NCBI RefSeq assembly: GCF_032062105.1
Contig: NW_026933222.1
Coordinates: forward strand, 186,001 to 250,000
Origin: Saccostrea cucullata
Lineage: Eukaryota
Length of the DNA stretch: 64,000 nt
Direction: 5' to 3'
The first letter of the stretch is position 1. Each line of letters begins with the position of its first letter. A program made the translations under genes and the position numbers. The notes beneath the pieces were generated by a model. That model had not been told where the DNA came from and ran no database searches. It was given only the letters and a program-made list of their open reading frames with translations. Positions 38,610-48,725 of the stretch are shown piece after piece.

Positions 38610-41600
38610 AACCCACCTCTCCGAGCTGGGCAACAGAACCTTCTTAAATAATGTAAAAAGTGGTTTGTGGTTCCTTATTCAAGGGAAGGGGAAAGTATCC
38701 CCTAATATAAAGTAATGGAGGAACATCATATCGATGTCTATGGCGGGTCCGGGGGGATAAGTGGGAGGGTTGTGAACATATCTGGCTCGTTGTTTCCTGC
38801 CCAGCCAGCAGATAAGTTGGTGGGCACTTTGTTGGGTAGACAGGTTGTCTACAAAACATCCAACCTATGGCAATGTTTAACAAAAAGTAAAGTAAAATGT
38901 CAAGTAACAAGTTTTTCGATTGGGGTCTTTGCCAAGCCTGCAGGCCTGGGGCCCCCTCTACCTCTTGTAACAGGAGGGGAGGCTTAGTACTGGAGTACTT
39001 GGGTGTTAAAGTACTGCTGACCAGAAGCAATCTCAGGAAGCAGGGTATACAGATGTGCTTGCAACTCTCCCGGGCCCAAATGTCTAGTACCCAAATTTGG
39101 GATCCCAGGCACCTGTGACCAACACAGGGCCACTGGTTTTGCCCGGTACTCTTTAGTCGGTATGCCAGTTGTCCTTCCGGACCCTATTCTTTATTGTACA
39201 TCTATGCAATGCGGCCTATTAACGCCAACTCCCTTTTTGCCCATCACAGTTATGTATAACACAAGATTGTACATGTATCCTTTTTAAGTCTTTAATAAAT
39301 TTAATGAAAACCATCCAACTGTTGTCTATTGCAAAGTTGACACCAAGGAAAGGGAATAGAGACCTTATGAGCATAAGGAATCATGTAGCAATGCAGGTCA
39401 GGCCCCGCAGGGCAGCAATTACCTGACTGTTCAATTAAGGCAGATTAATTTGCCCTTTTACCAAATTAATCTCATTTAATTGACGGAAGCACACAGATAA
39501 TATGGTTAAAACTAATAATGGTACGAATTGGCAAAATCGAAGTCATCTTTGTACGAGTTAATTAGTGTGTATCACTTCCGCTTCCGCCACTAAGAAAAAG
39601 AGCGCGGCAAAGGAAACCTCCATTAAAATTATTACCCACCCACCCACCCCCTTCTAATAAGGGTAACTTTTATACTTATGTGAAATCGCATGCTTTTGGG
39701 GGGGTTGTTCTTTTTCGTGGTTCGTAAACTAGGGGTTGACATGGGTTTCTGGGGGGACTCCTCAGGCCTCAAATACAGCCAAAAATTGGAATGCCACAAA
39801 AGTTTGCTATTCCACAGTACTGAATCCACATGTCCCTATACACAATCCCATATATGAGATGTATCTCTAGAATTTATAGGTATATTGATATATATATACA
39901 TCCCAAACATACCGACAATATTAATATCATTAGACAATGCAACCATTGGCTAATGAAAATACCACCAAATTGCAGTAATCTGCTGTCAGAATTTTTTGCC
40001 TTTTTCAGACACCCAGCAACAAAGAGGGCCAACCAAAATCCAGCTCACAGTAATTGATGTTGAAAAAGGGAAGCCAATCCAATACCAGATCAAAGCCAGT
40101 CCAAAAAGTGATTCAGGACTGTGTCAGTGCGATTAGACTAATGTCAAGTGACAGTAATTATTATGTTTATCTCATAGCCTAATTAAATAGCCAAAATACA
40201 TAAGACCTATCAAAATCCTCGTCGCATTGTATTAAAGGGGGGTGGGTCCGGGGGGATAAGTGGGAGGGTTGTGAACATATCTGGCTCGTTGTTTCCTGCC
40301 CAGCCAGCAGATAAGTTGGTGGGCACTTTGTTGGGTAGACAGGTTGTCTACAAAACATCCAACCTATGGCAATGTTTAACAAAAAGTAAAGTAAAATGTC
40401 AAGTAACAAGTTTTTCGATTGGGGTCTTTGCCAAGCCTGCAGGCCTTCTGTCAATATGTGACCGTTTCAAAAGTAAATTCTAATACATGTATATTTTAAT
40501 TAATATTTATGTTGTTTTCTTATTGTTTTTCTACAAAAATGCAAAATTAAGACTTAAACAAAATATCCAGGTACATTTAAGTCATTTATATACATGTAAT
40601 TGCAAAAGCTATAAGAAGCTTACGATATTTCAAACATTTAAAAACTTGGGGTCAGTATAGAAGGTCTCGCGGCTAATGCATAATTCATTGTCTGGGCTTG
40701 TATATTATGGCCAACTAAATAAACTAAGATTTTGAAATAAATTCTTAACATTTCTCCCTCACCTTTAGGGTTTTAAAATGGGTGTTGACCTATATTTGAT
40801 TTATTTTTAGTGGTGTCATGGAGCGAAGCAATGATCGACGGTTTTACGTCACCAATACACAGAGGTTTTGCGTTCACGTCATCCGTTCTTGTTTTTTAAA
40901 TGCATTCACAAAATAGGTATTTTGCAACAAGGCTCCCCACACAACAGAAATCTTTCGTGTACTAAGTTTTTTAAATGACCGTTCAATAGGTATGGATTTT
41001 CTATAACCATTGATTGGCCAACTCTCTCTCTCTCTTTTATTGTCTAAGGAACTGATTTGAAAAGTAGAGACTGAAACCGATCCAATATTGTGTATATAAA
41101 GCAATTAGCTGCTTGTATTACTAGCTAATAAAATATCAGTAAATAGTAATGAAACTTTTCTTAAAAAAATCTTTTACATGTATAAGAAATGAAATAGCCA
41201 GTGATTCGTACCTGATCAAACTAATCAATTTCATCATCTTGGAATTAAAAAAACCCATAATAGGGTCATTTCCTTTTAATTTGAAATTATATTATGGAAG
41301 TATAATTTATCCAGGTACCCCTTGTAAGCAATGGTAATATATTTTATCCAAGCATTAGTTTATATTATTTGTAGATCATTCTGTTGTGTAAATCAGGTTT
41401 TCTTGTGTTGAATAATTTATCGTAATATCGTCGATAAATCCAACAGGCTGAACCAAACATGACAATGTGGGCATGAAATAATCAAAATATAATGAGGCTT
41501 AGGTATCAATGAAAATGAGTTTATGCTGCAACACTCGCTTTTAGAAGATTCCATTGAGTTAGAAGTGATAAAATATTGATTGCGGTGTTTTAATAACCCA

Positions 41601-41991
41601 GCTCTAAGGAAAATATCCAAAAACAATGTCCAAGACATTGACCAGTTCAACAGAGCTCAGAAATATATCTAATCTAGCAGTAATTTTGAAACAATAGGGC
41701 TGATTCTTTTAGAGATATGTACCAAATAACTGAAAAAAATATTCAGTTTAATAGCAATAAAGTATATCACTGGTATAGATTAAACTGAATGTTTCATACA
41801 AATAAATATAAACATAAATAGGCATTGTAAATGCACATGTATCTGACACATATTAACGGCATATTTTAAATCTAAAACAATCAAACCTTTAACTCCTCTT
41901 CCCAAAATTACATGAAGAATAAATGTTTAAAATTAATTCCGATGAATAATTAATTTAACTAACCTTTAATTTTATGTTTTTTAGCTCCTAC

Positions 41992-42120
41992 CTTTATTTA
42001 ATCGCTGGACTGGGATCAAGCATGGTCCTTTTCTCGCCTGATCGTAGCCATAGATCTTCTAAACAAGGTTCATGGCGTGTTGACTTGTTGCTAACGCAGT
42101 GCTTTACACGCGCTTACTCG
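41992..42120 (-). other. Probable 5' non-coding exon of NCX paralog B (intron 32498-41991 hosts the SINE, Ngaro and hAT)
   Basis: Donor AAG|GTAGGA at 41992/41991; acceptor TGTAG upstream of 32497. Upstream limit is approximate. Confidence 0.45.
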
Positions 42121-44098
42121 GACGAAACATACAAACAAACCGGGTAGCTAATAAAAGGAGACAACTCGTATCGATAAAAACCATTGTGTATTGATCTTTA
42201 TCATCAATACATTGTTCTTTTGCATTTTCTTATTTGATTTCATTTCCGCATGCTTCCTATATGAACACTTGTACAATGCATCGGATACAGCCTTTAAATC
42301 GTTTCTAGAATAATAGATTACACTTTCAAAAGAATTATTTATTGCACGTTGTTTGATTTAAATAGAATTTATACATTAACTAAAAATCCCGTTTATTGAT
42401 TAAAGGTACTGCTACAGGCATGGGCTTTTGCATATCACTCATCTTTTAAATAGTTATCTGACATTATGAGGATTAAATGCTCAAAATCAGCCAGAAGTTA
42501 ATAATGGGTTTGGTTATTATGCATGCTTTTAAAACAACATTTACAGTGTTGTAAATGATAATAAAAATAATAAGATTGGCCCTAAAGTTCCATTGATTAA
42601 TCGATTTTCTGTGGCTAGGATAAACTTTATATAGCCACCAAACATGGAATGGACATTCGATGTACGTATATAAACTTCTGATTTAATTTCTTTAAATACA
42701 AGTAATGTGGGGATGATTTGAAGTGTTTACAATATACATGATGTTCATTGAAGCAAACTACGAAAGTCCATTGCGCTTATTTTTTAAGGTTAAAATAAAT
42801 ATCGCGAATAAATGCAAAACTTTCGCCATAAATAAATTCGTAACTTTTGTGTTATAAAGCGAAAACTGGCGAATAAATGCTTAAGTTTTGCAGTATAAGG
42901 CGCAACATTCGCGAATAAATGCTAAACCTTCGACTTTAAACTAAGACATCTGCATAAGTCTCAATTTTCATTTTTTTATGATCTAGTTTATTCATTACAA
43001 TGAAAAACGAAAGACTATATTTGCTTATATTTTCTATAATAAATTGGTTCGGTAGTCCTTTTTTATAATATTCGTCGATTGTTCTCGGTGTATATTTGAG
43101 ACTTCTCTTATCAACGGAAAAGGTGGCAATTTGATTTTTATGTAAGGGCACTGTATGAAAATACTGGATTCATATTATAACCATTTTTTGTCAACACACA
43201 CCGACACGATAAATCAAACGTTCAGGGTACGTTGAGAACAAAACACTTAAGATTGTAGGTTCATAGCACTTGTTGGACTGTAACCGAATATATTTACATC
43301 CATTGAATATTTTCTTCTTTAAACTTCTGAGTACCAAGCAACATGTAGATAAATATTCTTACTAGTTCATGATGCGGTCAAAGTAAGCCTTTCCAACTGA
43401 TTACGTTTACAGATCCAACATTTATTAAGTACTGTATAGTATTGTACCATCGTCGCCAACCACGGCCAAAATGTAAGATCCTCTCCCATCCTGGCCGTGG
43501 TTGAATGAGAAGAGAATATCTCGTAGTTCATTAAAATATTTACCAATGCAAGTAAAGCACAGTCGGATACTGAACCTCAAGATTATGACACTTTTTGTGA
43601 TCAAGCAGCCACGGGTAGGAGAGAGCTATATGCGGACTCCCGCGGACCATGGCTTGACTGAGACGATTGCATTGTACAATATCACTGAATTTAGGTTTTC
43701 ATGCTCTTGTCTTTGATATATTTTGTCAATTACTAAGTATTTCGACAGATAAAAATAAATGGATTGTAAGAGATTTAATTTTGCGTATTTTACAGGATTT
43801 AACAACAAAACTGAAAGTATACTTCTCAACAATTTTATTTGACTTGTTCTTGTAATCAGACATTTGTCTAGACATAAAATAATAATGGAGGTGAATGTCA
43901 TAACTTTTTATTAAAATGGTGAATAAAACTTCATAAAATTGTTTCATGATTTGAAAACAAAATGAACACAACAGTTGATAAATGATTTTGTCAATCCCAT
44001 GTCTGTTAATTCTAACATACTCTTACAGCTAGACATGAATATTTATGTAGAAAAATTCACTAGCTGACCAGGCCTTTCAGTCTTGTCCTGTAGATGAT

Positions 44099-47000
44099 TT
44101 AGATGAGGAGTTTTTCAATGTTCTGCTGAATGGTCTGGATCTTGGGTCGGAGTTGAGATCCCTCGTTGACTGTGACGGAGCAAGCAATGACAGCCCTGGA
44201 CACACCACAGGCTCGTCCTAAGGCTACAAACACAAAATATCACATATAGGTGCCTTTACATTTAATCAAGTTAGTATTTGATAAATATTAAAGGTCTCCT
44301 TTTAAAAAGAAGTACGATTTTACATCACATTCAGTTTCAGGCAGATTTTCCTGAGTCCATCTCTTTTTTCCTAACCTACTCTTTCTAAAACCCTAACAGA
44401 GCCCCTTTGTTTGCACCAATGACAATGAAATAAGCAAATGTTAAGTCTTCATGAAATCAATTCCATATTAATGTGAAAATACCAGATAATCTACACTTCA
44501 TTCTTCAGTAATATATACATGTATTACTGTAAACCAGCTATTATTCGCTATTAGTCAGTTAGAAATCAATCCACGACGATTAATGTTCACAAATAAGGAA
44601 ACATTTTCTACAAATACAAAACAAAATAAATGGTTCACTGCGATTTATACTCGCAACTTAAGTTGGTTCAGGTTGCTAAACTCACCAATATTTCTCATAC
44701 GTAAATAAATGTTGGTATACAGTATTTGCCTAAATCTAATTACAAAACATTGTGGCAAAATTTTTTGCTATAATTCAGTTTAATGTTCACCATGAATACA
44801 TTTGTATGATTTTTTACCTTGTTTGGATCTCACAAACACATAAGGAACATTCTACAAAAGAGAATTACAAATATTTGTAAATTAATACTACTGTATACAG
44901 GGAAAATTTCGCCCCCGTTTTATTTTCGCCCCTTTCGCCCTATCCTCCTTTGGGCGAATTTAAAACAGGGCGAATTCAAAGAATACAGTATGTTTTCTTA
45001 AACAAGACCCTGACTGGGCGAATTCAAAATGGGACAAAATTATTTTCAAGTGTCAGAGGGCGAAAACAACATGGGGCGAAAATAACCCAGTATACAGTAT
45101 TAAAATCTAATTTAAATAGTAAGCTTTAAAGACCCAATTTTTTTACCGTACGGTTACCTGAGGGGAGGGAGTGGTCAAAGTAACAGTGCTGTTATTTACC
45201 TGGAGACCCCCAATACCCAAGATGTCAAAAATCTGTGTATACGTAGCATTACACAGGAAGTCTGTGTTTGGTAATCAGGGTCAACATTACGTGTTTTGTG
45301 TCTGGTTTTGAGTGAAACTACGTAAAATAATTATTTTAATATGGAATTTATTTGTAAACTAAACGCATTCATTGTAATCATGGTAATGTTTTGAAGGTAA
45401 AAAAAATAATAAGATACATGTATATCGTTTTAGAAAAAGTTTTCCTTACATAAAAGAAAAATTCACGAGTAAAAACTACAAATCAATAATATTTATCTTT
45501 TTTAATCTTCAACAAAAGAAATCACTTGATTAAAAAAGTCTGACTATTGAAATAAAAAAATTATTGATCCACCTATTCGTCGTGCATGTGAACATGCATT
45601 TACCGCGATCTGAATGTTTTGGTTTTTTTTATGGCCAACAATGTTGTCCAAAATATTCCATATTTTCGATTCTTCGTGTGTTAACAAAATTTTATTGTTA
45701 GGAAGATTTCTTTTCAGAATCGATCACTATTAATTATCTTCACATTTTCACTACGTATATATACAGACGCTAGAGGAAATTCGAGCATTAATTCTGACAT
45801 CAATTTCTAGCCATAGTACAAACCAGGGACGTATATACTTAGTATATAGGTCCCTGTACAAACTAAAACATCTTTTAAAAACTATGCTATGCCGTTTATT
45901 AGTGCTGAATACAATTGTATTTTTCTTATATCCCATTTTTTAAAAAATAATTTAATTCGTCGGACTTCTATAAATTACGGCAAATATAGCCGGTTTCTGT
46001 GGACGCGGTCTTTTTTTCCACAGATAAATGTGAACGATATAACACTTACAAGTAACATACAGCAGTGAAGATAGGAAAGAAATATTTTATTATCTCAATA
46101 TTTTAATAATCTACTTTCAATTATTTTTTGAAATAAAATTCAAACATTTTGGAGTTTTCTAATCCGCGTGTATACTATGCGGGTACATGAAAGCGTTTGA
46201 CGCGTGACCAGGTTATTGTTTTCAAAACATGCAAACTCAGATTATCAGGAAGCACAGGGGTAGCTGACCTGTCAATCAAATTAGAAGCTATTGTTTTTTT
46301 TGATGATTGACAGGCGGTAAACTACATGTACTGATCTTGAATCAGGTAGATTTTGGGGGCGTTAACATAAAATTGGGTGTTTAAAGCATTTGTCCCTCTT
46401 TCACCTCCCCTCCCTCCTCTTTATATTCCTCCTAATGACCCTTCTTTTCTCTACCCCATTTTAAATTCTGAAGCTTGAAGAAAAACCTTGTGCCATACTT
46501 AACATTTTATCAACCTTTGAAATAGTTCTGAAGAAGTCTGAAGAGCTAAAGTCTCATCGGCCTTAGATAAGCGCCTGAGGATTCTACACACTGCTGCTTT
46601 GAACAGAAATTCATTGTGAGGCTTTTAGATCCTGTGACAGTGTAGCAAGTATATAAGAATATCAAGGAATTTATTTGTATACAAAATTCTTTTTTTTCAA
46701 TGAAAATAATAAATAAATTAGGTATCCAAAAGGTGTTGGAATTTTGTGCAGAACTTGCTTTATAGTTATTCATCAAGGATTGCTAAAAACTCTTAACTGT
46801 CAGACATTGATTGTTTTCACATTTACAAAAGGTAGAAAATATTTTTTTAATTTACTGTGTGTTACTTGACTTATATAAGGTCACAGTATGAAGTATTTAA
46901 TTACCTTGTCTTCACACAACAGAGGTAGATGTAACAAGATCTCCAGTGGCTCTGCATCAGCCGCCATAACAATAAATTCAGATATCCCTCTATTCAGTGT

Positions 47001-48022
47001 TTTAGTTGCTGAAAACAAAGAACATACAGACAATAGTTTTGCTGAGAATCATGTCCAGAACCTGAGATTTGTAAGTGATGAGTACAAAGAACACATACAA
47101 AGAGAATGAAGGCAATGAAATGCCTACACAGGGTTCATAATAGACTTTTCTGTTTCAAATTCAAAGACTTTTCAAAACCTTTTAACTGATTGCCTTCAAA
47201 TGTGATGACAACCTCAGGCCTGGAGCTGATGGCTTGAAGGCGAGACTTCAGAGATTTCATGAAACGGTATTTTATTTTAAAAATTTGTAAATTTCAAGCC
47301 CTATCCATAACACTTCATGTGGGCCCGTGTCAGAAATATATAAGCAATAGGGCATAAAGGAAAATGTGCTTAATGACTTCAAATAAATTATGATACATAG
47401 TTGTACTGACAGTACATGTAACTGTTATTTGTTTTTTGTGAGTTCTTACACTTTAAAGCAACTATTCTTAACATTTCATTGCAGATTTTCCTATTTCAAT
47501 TGTGAAATATTTTGATAGGTACTAAACACAATCAAAACACAATTTCCAGAATCACTTTGTATAGCACTGTTCAAAGATTTGGTAGAGACATCAGTACAAT
47601 TTTTTAGTCTCTACAAGAGAGTTAAATTATGCTAATTTTCAATTAATTGTTCTATTACAAACCCTCATTTGCTCCTTTCTTTAGCTGCTTATAGTGTGAA
47701 GCTTGTTGAACCAAATCTAGAATCTCCTGCGTCAGCTGTGCATCAGCCAAAGGATATGCCTTGGGGTTTACTTCATCAGTCTGTAAAAAATAAATGCCAG
47801 ATAAATCGATCAGTGTATCAAAAAAGGGAAAATGTCAAGTAATTATAAATTCAACTGGAAAAGAACGATTAAGTTCAACCAAATATTTTTTTATCCCTAA
47901 ATCTTAATATTATTCACATTCAAATCCAAATGGCGGCACTTTATCGTGCAACAATAAAAGTCTGATACAAGTAGAATTATCTCTGCTTAGGGTCAGACCA
48001 TCGATAGATGAAAACTTACCAT
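44099..48022 (-). CDS. SNU13: SNU13/NHP2L1 (15.5K, L7Ae family), 127 aa. Exons 48022-48020, 47780-47663, 47008-46905, 44851-44818, 44223-44099
   Basis: Spliced translation [88 protein letters not shown]. Not present in the ORF track. Confidence 0.97.
44526..44723. mobile_element. TA-flanked MITE
   Basis: TACTGTAAACCA at the left end and TGGTATACAGTA at the right end. Confidence 0.6.
44889..45099. mobile_element. TA-flanked MITE with internal GGGCGAA repeats
   Basis: TACTGTATACAGGG..TTTCGCCCC and GGGGCGAAAA..CCCAGTATACAGTA. Confidence 0.75.
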
Positions 48023-48725
48023 TTTTCTGAAATTTAGTAGTTACAAAATTCAACAAAAATTGATAAAACGCCGTCCTCTCTGCGAATTTCGCTTCACTGA
48101 GGACCTCGTGGTTAAAACGCTATTTGTTTATTGATGTCAGTTCAAGTCTGTGAAGCAAAATGGCTTTTTAACGATGGGACAAACGTTTTGGTGACTAAAA
48201 TAATCTCGCACTGTACAGGAAAAGATAACTCTAAAAATAATATTGCATATAAACAAAGAGAAGACAATCCTTTGATTTTGAGCAGACGATTTCATTACTG
48301 AGGTATGATTTAATATTCTATTCTTTTTTATGGATAAGTGCAGAAATATAGAAACGCAAGGAAATATTAATGATTATATAGGCCTAACTATTACACTTTT
48401 CGTCAAGGAAGTGTTTGGACAGGTGCCTGAGGCGGGGCCAAGCATTGAACATACGGTATTCTTACATAGGGTCATGTATTGCACATAGAAATGGAAATGT
48501 TTCTGAAATATTTGACATTTTTTAAAATTTTTATTTGGATATTTGACATTAAATAAGAAAATATTGCGAAAAATACCATCAGAAAAATGAACGAGGTAAG
48601 GTCTTGTACGGTGTTATTAATAAAACTGAAATAAAAATACAAAATTCGAAACTTTTCACAACTCTTAAATGACTTTCTCTTCGTAATCAGGTGATATCTG
48701 CATGTGACAAAATTGAAAACACAGT
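48023..48725. promoter_or_regulatory. Bidirectional promoter and 5' UTR region between SNU13 and DMC1
   Basis: Divergent start codons ~700 bp apart; plus-strand donors at ~48302 and ~48596 and an acceptor at 48690 suggest DMC1 UTR exons. Confidence 0.65.

Larger units (their letters stand above)
35063..38715 (+). pseudogene. SGNH/GDSL hydrolase exon of the Ngaro element (35063-35561 + 38616-38715), disrupted by the hAT
   Basis: Block I IWIIGSSI, block III HLGSND. Block V DGTH is restored after removing the hAT and one TSD copy, and the frame continues to TAA 38713-38715. Confidence 0.85.
33613..40453 (+). mobile_element. Ngaro-type (DIRS order) retroelement with split direct repeats; non-autonomous (gag and SGNH hydrolase only)
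   Basis: A1 33613-33811 = A2 39436-39634 (199 bp); B1 38745-38947 = B2 40244-40446 (203 bp); order A1-ORFs-B1-A2-B2. Gag with CCCH/CCHC fingers, SGNH hydrolase, no RT or YR ORF. Confidence 0.85.

Noticed and set aside
38948-39435. Self-cleaving ribozyme in the Ngaro 3' region
   Set aside because: Hairpins are present, but I found no hammerhead core (CTGANGA..GAAA) by eye. An Infernal search would settle it.
47190-47241. Box C/D-like hairpin (GTGATGA..CTGA inside a GCCTTCAA/TTGAAGGC stem) in a SNU13 intron
   Set aside because: The motifs are on the plus strand, antisense to SNU13; the segment is too short for a guide snoRNA and the stem register is imperfect.
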